A stretch of DNA of 26,466 nucleotides from a virus. Its lineage: Duplodnaviria; Caudoviricetes. Location of the stretch: positions 1 to 26,466 of the IMG/VR virus record IMGVR_UViG_3300032225_001105; one strand, written 5' to 3'. Position 1 is the stretch's first letter. Each line of letters starts with the position of its first letter. Both the position numbers and the translations under genes were made by a program. The notes under the pieces were generated by a model, which was not told the DNA's origin, ran no database searches, and saw only the letters and a program-made list of their open reading frames with translations. Positions 1 to 6,805 of the stretch are shown piece after piece.

Positions 1-114
1 GCGATCGACATTCCCGATGTGATGGAGTTTGCGGCGAAACACGGCAGGTGCGTCGTGTCGGTGACTAGCGAGGGATTTCACGACATCGAGATTTACGACG
101 ACTACCGAGAGTAG
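1..114 (+). CDS. 3' end of small phage hypothetical protein (partial; probable cassette gene)
   Basis: Open frame 1 reads AIDIPDVMEFAAKHGRCVVSVTSEGFHDIEIYDDYRE*; TAG at 112-114 sits immediately before the first attC-like site. Confidence 0.7.
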   Translation, partial: AIDIPDVMEFAAKHGRCVVSVTSEGFHDIEIYDDYRE

Positions 115-116
115 AA

Positions 117-172
117 GGCGAACACGCAGGATAAGCGGCGGCTTCGCCGTCCGCTTCATCCGCTGGTTATCC
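117..172 (-). repeat. attC-like site 1 (56 bp)
   Basis: + strand GGCGAAC-ACGCAG-GATAAGC-GGCGGCTTCGCCGTCC-GCTTCATC-CGCTG-GTTATCC; 7-bp and 8-bp L boxes pair with an extra C, plus an extra T further in. Confidence 0.85.
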
Positions 173-173
173 A

Positions 174-557
174 ATGAGCACACGATCACAGTTTGCGTTT
201 GCGGCTCTCGATGCTGGCATCCGCGTCGAGGAGAACCAAGCCGAATGGCTCGGAACGCCGGAGGCTTGCTGGGACGCATACGTTGCGAGCCGGGCGACGG
301 CCACTCGCGACCGGCTCGGGTGCGACGTGTATTGGATCGAGGCGACTTGTGGGAAGCAGACCTACTGGAAGATCGGCATTTCGCACGACGCCGAGAAGCG
401 GATGGAGGACTTCGCAAAGACGTTCCCGATTGCATCGTGGCGGATTCTGCGGACGTGCCGAATGGCGAGGCGGAAGGTAGCCGAGATATGCGAGGCCGAC
501 ATGCTCGTGTCGTGTCGCCACCTGCACATAGACGGGGAATGGATTCGGACTGGATAA
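174..557 (+). CDS. GIY-YIG superfamily protein (T5orf172/MUG113-like), cassette gene
   Basis: VYWI...WKIGIS....KR...GEW motif pattern; ATG just after attC1; stop TAA inside the R box of attC2. Confidence 0.7.
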   Translation: MSTRSQFAFAALDAGIRVEENQAEWLGTPEACWDAYVASRATATRDRLGCDVYWIEATCGKQTYWKIGISHDAEKRMEDFAKTFPIASWRILRTCRMARRKVAEICEADMLVSCRHLHIDGEWIRTG

Positions 558-599
558 CGATGCGATCTGCGGCTTGTCCGCAGCATCGCTTGGTTATGC
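552..599 (-). repeat. attC-like site 2 (48 bp)
   Basis: GGATAAC-GATGC-GATCTGC-GGCTTGTCC-GCAGCATC-GCTTG-GTTATGC; core nearly identical to site 4. Confidence 0.85.
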
Positions 600-625
600 C
601 GGGTTGATTCACACAGGAGAAGACG

Positions 626-850
626 ATGAAACCGGGTGACATTTTTGTTGGCAAGACATACCGCAACAAGGGCGCGGGCAGAACGACTCGCCGTGTGGTT
701 GACATGGGGACGCACTTGCCGCCGCCGCACTGGCTTTCAAACAACCCTCGCCCTGACGAGAGCGTGGTGGAGTTTGTACAGGGCAGGGAGACACACAGGC
801 TGTACCTGTCGTCATTCGCGGCGTGGGCTAATAGAGAAGTTGTGGCATAA
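626..850 (+). CDS. Small hypothetical protein (74 aa), cassette gene
   Basis: AGGAG RBS at 616-620; fills the space between attC2 and attC3; TAA lies in the attC3 R box. Confidence 0.75.
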   Translation: MKPGDIFVGKTYRNKGAGRTTRRVVDMGTHLPPPHWLSNNPRPDESVVEFVQGRETHRLYLSSFAAWANREVVA

Positions 851-934
851 CGCCAGAGATCACAAGCCGCGAACTAGGAGGGCGGCCCACATGAACGATA
901 CGAATGAGCGGTCTTGTGCATCGCGTGGTTCTCG
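845..934 (-). repeat. attC-like site 3 (90 bp), loop contains RBS and ATG
   Basis: GCATAAC-GCCAGA-GATCACA-AGCCGC...GCGGTCT-TGTGCATC-GCGTG-GTTCTCG; same extra C and T; AGGAGG at 876-881 and ATG at 891 inside the loop. Confidence 0.85.
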
Positions 935-1223
935 GCCAGTGGCGTGGGTGGTCGCTCTCGGCGGCGACGGGCTCATCATCGACGGCATCTTCCTGCGGAG
1001 GACGCAGGCGGAGGAAGCGTGTGCTTGGCGGAACGAGCACACCACTTACGGCGCAAGGATCATTCCACTCCACGAGAAGCCGCAGCCAACGCTCACCGAC
1101 GAGGAGCGGGAGGCGTTGTGGTGTGCCGTGTGCGACTACAACAGCATGACGAGAACGCTGGACATGCCGAGATGCGGGAAGATCGGCCCAGCCCTTGCGA
1201 GTCTTTTTGAGCGATTGAAGTGA
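891..1223 (+). CDS. Hypothetical protein (110 aa), cassette gene starting inside attC3
   Basis: In-frame ATG of track ORF 636..1223 with a strong RBS; MNDTNERSCASRGS...PQPTLTDEEREAL; TGA lies in the attC4 R box. Confidence 0.75.
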   Translation: MNDTNERSCASRGSRPVAWVVALGGDGLIIDGIFLRRTQAEEACAWRNEHTTYGARIIPLHEKPQPTLTDEEREALWCAVCDYNSMTRTLDMPRCGKIGPALASLFERLK

Positions 1224-1269
1224 GAACGCCAGCGATCTGCGGCTCGTCCGCAGCATCGCGTGGTTCTGC
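1221..1269 (-). repeat. attC-like site 4 (49 bp)
   Basis: TGAGAAC-GCCAGC-GATCTGC-GGCTCGTCC-GCAGCATC-GCGTG-GTTCTGC. Confidence 0.85.
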
Positions 1270-1327
1270 GGGTCGGTGGTTATAAATCTGTTGGGGTACG
1301 GCGTATTAGATGTAGGAGGACACAGCC

Positions 1328-1558
1328 ATGACCGGAAAGACAGTCACAATCGACCACGCCGAACTACTGCGTATCCGAAGCGCGCTTCACGGCGTGACGC
1401 TTCACTTTCGCGACCTGATGGAAAACGGCTTTCCGAAGCCGCCACGCAAGAACTGCAACGCCGACGCAGGGTCGGCGCATCAGGAATGGCTTGACGAGAG
1501 ATGGCAAACGCTGAACGTGGCAGGCGAAGTTCTCAAGGATACGGAGCACCTATGTTGA
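1328..1558 (+). CDS. Hypothetical protein (76 aa), cassette gene
   Basis: AGGAGGA RBS at 1314-1320 ahead of the ATG. Confidence 0.7.
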   Translation: MTGKTVTIDHAELLRIRSALHGVTLHFRDLMENGFPKPPRKNCNADAGSAHQEWLDERWQTLNVAGEVLKDTEHLC

Positions 1559-1659
1559 TTGCGTGCTGTGGCTGCGCGACTGAAGCAGGTATTTTGGCCG
1601 TCGTAGTGGGCGCGATATTCCTTTTTGCTTTCATTGTTCTTGAGTGCATAAGGATTTGA
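1552..1659 (+). CDS. Putative 35-aa single-pass membrane peptide (not in ORF track)
   Basis: MLIACCGCATEAGILAVVVGAIFLFAFIVLECIRI*; GGAG at 1543-1546; overlaps the previous stop and ends 7 nt before attC5. Confidence 0.5.
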   Translation: MLIACCGCATEAGILAVVVGAIFLFAFIVLECIRI

Positions 1660-1666
1660 GTTTCAA

Positions 1667-1755
1667 GCAGAACACGGAAGATCAACGGCGGCCACCGGAG
1701 GACTCACCATGACACATGACGCAGAAGGGCCGTCCGTTGCATCGGCTGGTTCTGT
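1667..1755 (-). repeat. attC-like site 5 (89 bp), loop contains RBS and ATG
   Basis: GCAGAAC-ACGGAA-GATCAAC-GGCGGCC...GGCCGTCC-GTTGCATC-GGCTG-GTTCTGT; GGAGG at 1697-1701 and ATG at 1709 inside the loop. Confidence 0.85.
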
Positions 1756-2326
1756 TTTGGGTTGCGCAGGAGCAAATGCCAAGGAGCGGCAAATGACCGT
1801 GAACAAGAATCCGATTGGGCGTTACGTCTATGCCTGGTTCAACGACGACAGCCCTTTTCCGTTCTATGTTGGAAAAGGCGTTGCCGACAGGGCCTGGAAG
1901 AGGCACATGCTGAAAGGGCAATCTGCCTTTTGCAACAAGATTCGCTCGGCGTCTTCTAGATTTTGGGTTCACATCGTAAAGGACGGACTTACGAACGAAG
2001 GGGCGATGCTGCTTGAGGCCGCCCTTATCGGCATGTTCTCGGCGATGGGGGGATGCGTTGCCAATCAGGTATCGCCCTTGCGTCGCCAAGAGGTTCCGCC
2101 GCTGTGGCTGCGTGACGTATTGGCTAAGCACGAGCCCGTGAGCCGATTGGTTCAGGACGAAGAATCAGAGGACGGACTTTTGTCCGAGATCATTGACGTG
2201 CTGGACGAAACGGAAGGGCGCGGGGCCTTGTGCCTCACGCCAGGCAGGATCGCAGAAAAACTTGGAGGCCGATACGGGCGCGAACGGATCGTAAACTGCA
2301 TGAAACGCCACGGCCTGAATCCGTAA
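1709..2326 (+). CDS. GIY-YIG nuclease-like protein (LEM-3/Seg-like motif) with possible C-terminal HTH; alternative start 1793
   Basis: YVYAW...PFYVGKG...RA..H...E..LI pattern; second RBS AAGGAG at 1781-1786 before ATG 1793. Confidence 0.75.
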   Translation: MTHDAEGPSVASAGSVLGCAGANAKERQMTVNKNPIGRYVYAWFNDDSPFPFYVGKGVADRAWKRHMLKGQSAFCNKIRSASSRFWVHIVKDGLTNEGAMLLEAALIGMFSAMGGCVANQVSPLRRQEVPPLWLRDVLAKHEPVSRLVQDEESEDGLLSEIIDVLDETEGRGALCLTPGRIAEKLGGRYGRERIVNCMKRHGLNP

Positions 2327-2360
2327 CAGAACCAGTGTTTATGCGGACCCGCATAAACAT
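2326..2360 (-). other. attI-like terminal recombination site or truncated attC
   Basis: ACAGAAC-CAGTG-TTTATGC gives R box, 5-nt spacer and L-like box; perfect 11-bp inverted repeat TGTTTATGCGG/CCGCATAAACA (2336-2359); no extra base and no closing GTT. Confidence 0.55.
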
Positions 2361-2461
2361 CCCCCATGCTGCATATCACGCCATAAAATCGCGCCGCACG
2401 GCCGCGAGGCGCGAAGCCGGGGCGTTATCGTGGTCCGCATAGTACGCCTGGATGATCCCCA

Positions 2462-2608
2462 GTGAGTGCCCACCTGATCGCCCTGACCGGCTGCATCTAC
2501 GCCTACGTCTGCCTTGAGCAGTTCTGGCGTGGCAACGTGCCGATGGCCGTAGCCTACGCCGGGTACGCATTTGCAAATATCGGCCTTTGGTTGCTGGCTT
2601 CTCGGTGA
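2462..2608 (+). CDS. Small hydrophobic phage protein (48 aa; not in ORF track)
   Basis: GTG start; MSAHLIALTGCIYAYVCLEQFWRGNVPMAVAYAGYAFANIGLWLLASR*; two hydrophobic segments; resembles small proteins I recall from aquatic phages. Confidence 0.65.
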   Translation: MSAHLIALTGCIYAYVCLEQFWRGNVPMAVAYAGYAFANIGLWLLASR

Positions 2609-2656
2609 TTCGGCGGCTGTCCATGCCCTCGTAAAATGGGGGTAAGGAGACACGCC

Positions 2657-2764
2657 ATGCCCGCCTACCTCGATGACGAGTTCTTTGAGGAAGTCGATGC
2701 CGAGCTAAGTTCGAGCGAAGGCATCGTGTGCATCGAGTTCCTTGACGGCCCGGCGGGCTACTGA
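2657..2764 (+). CDS. Small acidic protein (35 aa; not in ORF track)
   Basis: TAAGGAG RBS at 2643-2649; MPAYLDDEFFEEVDAELSSSEGIVCIEFLDGPAGY*. Confidence 0.55.
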   Translation: MPAYLDDEFFEEVDAELSSSEGIVCIEFLDGPAGY

Positions 2765-2779
2765 ACACTGGTACACTAG
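2761..2779 (+). promoter_or_regulatory. Putative promoter/operator ahead of head genes
   Basis: CTGAACACTGGTACACTAG contains extended -10-like TGG-TACACT; 15/19 match to 23352-23370; ACTGGTACACT matches 14097-14107 at 10/11. Confidence 0.45.
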
Positions 2780-2818
2780 TGGTAGGGATGCGGAAGCATC
2801 CCGCACCAGGAGCCTCCA

Positions 2819-3037
2819 GTGGCCGACAACTCCGACGTTCTTGACGCAGTGGCGGCGAATCTCGCCCAGCCGAAGCGTGCCCGCACGGACGCCGGCGAAG
2901 TGGAGCAGCACGACCTCGACAAGCAAATTGCGGCCGCCAAGTTCGTGATCGGCAATCGTTCGGCCAGCGGTGGCGCCTTCTCGCCGTTTGCCGCGGTGCG
3001 GCGGGCAAACATCGAACTTCCCGGGGGCTGCGGCTGA
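2819..3037 (+). CDS. Head completion protein, positional gpW analogue
   Basis: 72 aa, AGGAG RBS, stop overlaps the portal start; lambda-like position before the portal. Confidence 0.6.
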   Translation: MADNSDVLDAVAANLAQPKRARTDAGEVEQHDLDKQIAAAKFVIGNRSASGGAFSPFAAVRRANIELPGGCG

Positions 3038-4485
3038 TGGGGCTGCTCTCGTGGTTCAAGAAGCCGGCCGATCTCCGCCAGACGGTGGAATCGCAGCGTA
3101 TTGCCATCACCGAGATGATCCGTGCCCGGTACGACGCGGCACAGACCACGTCGCTGAACACCCGCCACTGGTCGATGGCAGACTTCCTTTCTGCCGACGC
3201 CGCCCTATCGCCGGAGGTTCGCCGGAAGATCCGCAGTCGCGTGCGGTACGAGGTTGGGAACAACTCGTATGCCGCCGGCATGGCAAGCACTTGGGCGCAC
3301 GACCTGATCGGCACAGGGCCGCGGCTGCAGCTCGACCTCGGCCCCGACGTGGACGCCGACCTCTGCCGCAAGGTGGAGCTTGCCGTCTACGACTGGTCTG
3401 TGGAGGTTGACCTAGCGAAGAAGCTGCGCATCGCCAAGATCGCCAAGATCAGTGACGGAGAGGTGTTCGGCATCAAGACGAACAACACACGGCTTGACGG
3501 CGTTCAGCTCGACGTGCGGCTGGTTGAGGCCGATCAATGTGCGTCCCAAAACGGATTTCCGACCGAGCAAGACATTGACGGTGTGGTTTACGACGAGAAC
3601 GGCGTTCCGTCACGCTACTGGATCCTCAAGCGTCACCCAGGCTCAAACTACGCCGGCTGGAACCAAGAAGGCCGCTGGGTGGACGCGAAGGACGTGTACC
3701 ACTGGTTTCACGCCACCCGCCCTGGTCAGCATCGCGGCGTGCCGGAACTTACGCCGGCGATCGAACTGTTTGCCCTCATGCGTCGGTTCACGCTGGCGAC
3801 CGTAACGGCCGCCGAGGTGGCGGCAGACTTCGCGGCGATCCTCAAGAGCACCATGTCGCCAGACCAAGTGGGGGCGGCCCATATCGCCGACTGGGAAACG
3901 ATGCCGGTCGTCCGCGGCATGATGACGGCGATCCCGGACGGCTACGACATCACGCAGATGCGGTCGGAGCATCCCGTTTCCACGCATGACCAGTTTGTGC
4001 GTCGGCTGCTGAATGAGTGCGCCCGTGCCGTCGATATGCCCTACATCGTGGCTGCGATGGACAGCAGCATGGCGAACTACAGTTCGATGCGCGGCGACTA
4101 CTTGGTGTATCGCAAGCGAATCAGCGTTGAGCGGAACGACGTGGAGCGGGTGTTTCTCGACCCGCTTCTCAAGGCATGGCTTGACGAAGCCGCCCTCGTC
4201 GCCGGGCTGATCCCTGACGGCCTGCCGCCGGTTGCTGAGTGGAACTGGTCGTGGTCGTGGGACGGTTTCGACCACGTAGATCCGCTCAAGGAGGCCGAGG
4301 CCGAGGCGGCCCAGATCGGCAACAACACCGCGACGCTGGCGGAGATTTGCCAGCGGCGAAACAAGGACTGGCGTCAAGTGTTGCGGCAGCGTTCTGTCGA
4401 AAAGTCGCTCGAGCGTGAACTTGGGATTGAGCCGGTCGTGAAGACGCCCAGCCCGGCCCCGGCACAGGAGAACGTACCCGCATGA
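3037..4485 (+). CDS. Phage portal protein, lambda family
   Basis: 482 aa; motifs R.R.R...NN.YA, DGEVF, RPGQ.RGVP, NYSS.R, VDPLKE are typical of lambda gpB-type portals. Confidence 0.92.
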   Translation: MGLLSWFKKPADLRQTVESQRIAITEMIRARYDAAQTTSLNTRHWSMADFLSADAALSPEVRRKIRSRVRYEVGNNSYAAGMASTWAHDLIGTGPRLQLDLGPDVDADLCRKVELAVYDWSVEVDLAKKLRIAKIAKISDGEVFGIKTNNTRLDGVQLDVRLVEADQCASQNGFPTEQDIDGVVYDENGVPSRYWILKRHPGSNYAGWNQEGRWVDAKDVYHWFHATRPGQHRGVPELTPAIELFALMRRFTLATVTAAEVAADFAAILKSTMSPDQVGAAHIADWETMPVVRGMMTAIPDGYDITQMRSEHPVSTHDQFVRRLLNECARAVDMPYIVAAMDSSMANYSSMRGDYLVYRKRISVERNDVERVFLDPLLKAWLDEAALVAGLIPDGLPPVAEWNWSWSWDGFDHVDPLKEAEAEAAQIGNNTATLAEICQRRNKDWRQVLRQRSVEKSLERELGIEPVVKTPSPAPAQENVPA

Positions 4486-6365
4486 GCCGCCTTGAACTCA
4501 ACGCCGACTTCAACCTTCTCGCCGCAGACGGCGAGGGCAGCGTCCCCACGTTTGAGATGACCGCCTACACCGGTGCCGCTATCCGGCAGGGGTGGAGTCG
4601 GACGCCGATCGTCGTTGACCTGGAGGGAATGTCGGCTGGCCAGACGACTCCGATCCTCTACGGCCACGGCAAGGAAATGCCGCTCCTTGACTCCGTGATC
4701 GGCAAGGGTTCGCCAACGAACGACGGCAAGCAGTTGATGCTGTCCGGCGACCTGATCGCCGGCGAGCCTGCGAGCGACAAGCTCATCCGGCTGGCCAAGG
4801 CCGGCGTGCCGCTTCAGGCGTCGATCGGGGCGGATGCCCTGTCGTTTGAGAACGTGCCCGCCGGCACGACCGTAACCGTCAACGGCCGCGACTTCGTCGG
4901 GCCGATCAGTGTTGCTCGCCGCACGATGCTTCGTGAAGTGAGCGTGGTTCTGTTTGGTGCGGACGCCAATACGTCCGCGGCTATCGCCGCCGAGGCGAAC
5001 GAGGTTTCACCCATGAGCGATCAGCTCAACGAGACGCCTGTCGATGCCGTCAAGGCTTCGGCGGAAGACACGGCGAGCGTCGCCGTGGAGAAGACCCCGG
5101 CCATCCAGGCCAGCCAGCCGAAGCCGCTGACGGCCGAGGAAATCGCCAGCGTCGTCCGCGAGACGATCAAGGCGGAGCGGCTGCACGAAGTTCGTGCCAG
5201 CCGGCCCGCTGCCCCGGTCCCGACGGAGGCCGACATCCAGGCCCACCGCTCAACCGAGGCGAAGGTGGCGGAGGCCACCCTGTGCATCGTCGCCGGCCTG
5301 CAAAACCTGGAGAAGCACTTCGACGAGCGGACGCTGGAGGCCGCCGACAAGCGGCGTTCCGAGGCTGGCCTGCAGTCGCTTCTCCTTGACGCTGCCCGTG
5401 CGAACGGGTGGAAGGGACACGACCGCAAGGTGACGCATGGCAACGCGAAGGAAATCTTCGCCCATGCGTTCGGGCAGATCCAGGCCACGGGTTTCGCGAC
5501 CCACAGCATCAGCAACGTGCTGGCCGCGACCTACGGCAAGTTCCTTCTGCAAGGCTTCAACGCCGTCGAGAACGTCGCCGACATGATCTCGAACGTCCGC
5601 CCTGTGGCTGACTTCAAGACCGTGACCGGCGTCCGCCTCAACGGTGGTTTTGTGTTTGAGGAGGTTGGTCCCAGCGGCGAGATCAAGTCGGCCGACGCGA
5701 CCGACGAGACTCGGACCCTCAAGGCCAAGCTCTACGGTCGTCTCTCGTCCGTGAGCATGGTGGACATCGTGAACGACGACCTTGGTGCTCTGACCCAGGT
5801 GCCGGTGCGTCTTGGTCGTGGTGCGGCGATCAAGAAGAACATCGACTTCTGGACGGAGTTCCAGGCGTCGAACAGTTCGTACTACCAGGCGGCAACGCCG
5901 GCTGGTGGCAACGCCCTGGCGTTCGCTTCTCTCTCCACGGCGGCGATCGCATACCGGAAGCTCCTGGACACGGACGGCAACCTCCTCGGCATCACGCCCA
6001 GGATCCTGCTCGTCCCGCCCGACCTGGAGCTGACGGCTGCCCAGCTGATGACGCAATCACTGCTCATGTCGTCAAGCCTCGGCTCGACCTCGAGCAAGGT
6101 TGTGGAGCCGACCGCGAACGTGCTCGCCGGCCGGTATCGGGTGGTTTCTTCGGCGTATCTCACCTCCACCTCGACGTGGTGGCTGATGGCCGATCCGAAC
6201 GACCTCCCGGCGATGGAGGTGGCCTACCTCAACGGTATGACCACCCCGGTTGTTCAGCAGGCCGATGCCGACTTCAACCAGCTCGGCATCCAGTTCCGCG
6301 GCTACTACGCCTACGGCGTGGCCAAGGCCGAGGCCCGCTCGACCTACCGCATGGCGACCTCGTGA
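4482..6365 (+). CDS. Fused prohead protease / scaffold / major capsid protein (Mu gpT-like capsid domain)
   Basis: N-terminal AYTG...VVDL.G...H...QASIG...L.EVS.V..GAD..T protease-like domain; C-terminal DFK, GEIK, YGR, IVNDDLGAL, P..LLVP..LE, EVAYLNG...P capsid motifs. Confidence 0.88.
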   Translation: MSRLELNADFNLLAADGEGSVPTFEMTAYTGAAIRQGWSRTPIVVDLEGMSAGQTTPILYGHGKEMPLLDSVIGKGSPTNDGKQLMLSGDLIAGEPASDKLIRLAKAGVPLQASIGADALSFENVPAGTTVTVNGRDFVGPISVARRTMLREVSVVLFGADANTSAAIAAEANEVSPMSDQLNETPVDAVKASAEDTASVAVEKTPAIQASQPKPLTAEEIASVVRETIKAERLHEVRASRPAAPVPTEADIQAHRSTEAKVAEATLCIVAGLQNLEKHFDERTLEAADKRRSEAGLQSLLLDAARANGWKGHDRKVTHGNAKEIFAHAFGQIQATGFATHSISNVLAATYGKFLLQGFNAVENVADMISNVRPVADFKTVTGVRLNGGFVFEEVGPSGEIKSADATDETRTLKAKLYGRLSSVSMVDIVNDDLGALTQVPVRLGRGAAIKKNIDFWTEFQASNSSYYQAATPAGGNALAFASLSTAAIAYRKLLDTDGNLLGITPRILLVPPDLELTAAQLMTQSLLMSSSLGSTSSKVVEPTANVLAGRYRVVSSAYLTSTSTWWLMADPNDLPAMEVAYLNGMTTPVVQQADADFNQLGIQFRGYYAYGVAKAEARSTYRMATS

Positions 6366-6382
6366 TCGTGACGTGATCCATT

Positions 6383-6415
6383 CCCGGCCGGCGGGGGCCA
6401 AACCCGCCGGCCGGG
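6383..6415 (+). terminator. Strong GC hairpin after capsid gene (attenuator or mRNA stabiliser)
   Basis: Perfect 13-bp stem CCCGGCCGGCGGG/CCCGCCGGCCGGG with a 7-nt loop; no U tract. Confidence 0.5.
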
Positions 6416-6455
6416 GCTCACTACCAACTCCCTCAGTTCAGAAAGGTTCCCTCAG

Positions 6456-6785
6456 ATGGCTTCGTATTACAGTGATGGCGACAAGCTCGACTACACGCCC
6501 ACGACGGGCGTGGCGGCCGGCGAAATCGTTGTACTTGGCAGCACGCTGGTAACGATGGCTGAACGGCCCATCGCCGCCAACGAACTCGGTGCGGTCCTGA
6601 TCAATGGCATCGTGACCGGCCCGGTGTTCACGACCGGCGTCACCGGTGCCCAAGGCGCGGCGATCAAGTGGTACGCGACCAGCGGCGTGTTTGATGCCAC
6701 CACTGGCGTCAATGCCGGCTACCTGGCTCGTGCCCGGCTGGCCGCCGATCGCACCGTGGCCGTGCTCCTCTGGCCGGGCTCGTGA
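6456..6785 (+). CDS. DUF2190-family capsid cement/decoration protein
   Basis: Y..DG..LDYTP...VAAGEIVVLG......IAANELGAV...G pattern, directly after the capsid gene. Confidence 0.8.
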   Translation: MASYYSDGDKLDYTPTTGVAAGEIVVLGSTLVTMAERPIAANELGAVLINGIVTGPVFTTGVTGAQGAAIKWYATSGVFDATTGVNAGYLARARLAADRTVAVLLWPGS

Positions 6786-6805
6786 TCCTGACCGACCCCA
6801 CGCAA

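Larger units (their letters stand above)
117..2332. mobile_element. Integron-type gene cassette array (at least 5 complete cassettes; continues off the left edge; no integrase in window)
   Basis: Five attC-like hairpins lie between genes. Cassette ends are complementary: GTTATCCA(166)/TGGATAAC(551), GTTATGCC(593)/GGCATAAC(844), GTTCTCG(928)/TGAGAAC(1221, 6 of 7), GTTCTGC(1263)/GCAGAAC(1667), GTTCTGTT(1749)/AACAGAAC(2325). Confidence 0.85.

Noticed and set aside
636-890. N-terminal extension of track ORF 636..1223
   Set aside because: It overlaps the better-supported 626..850 gene; the RBS-backed start is at 891.
117-1755. Reading the intergenic repeats as a CRISPR array, REP elements or simple terminators
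   Set aside because: Spacers are whole genes of 250-600 bp, repeats vary in sequence but keep attC geometry, there are no U tracts, and end complementarity is offset across genes.
2424-2430. GTTATCG as the closing box of a long sixth attC
   Set aside because: No 8-bp L box complementary to TTTATGC lies 5 nt before it.
2376-3371. 331-aa minus-strand ORF at the position where intI would be expected
   Set aside because: Arg/Ser/Pro-rich shadow of the portal and small genes, with no tyrosine recombinase R-H-x-x-R-Y motifs.
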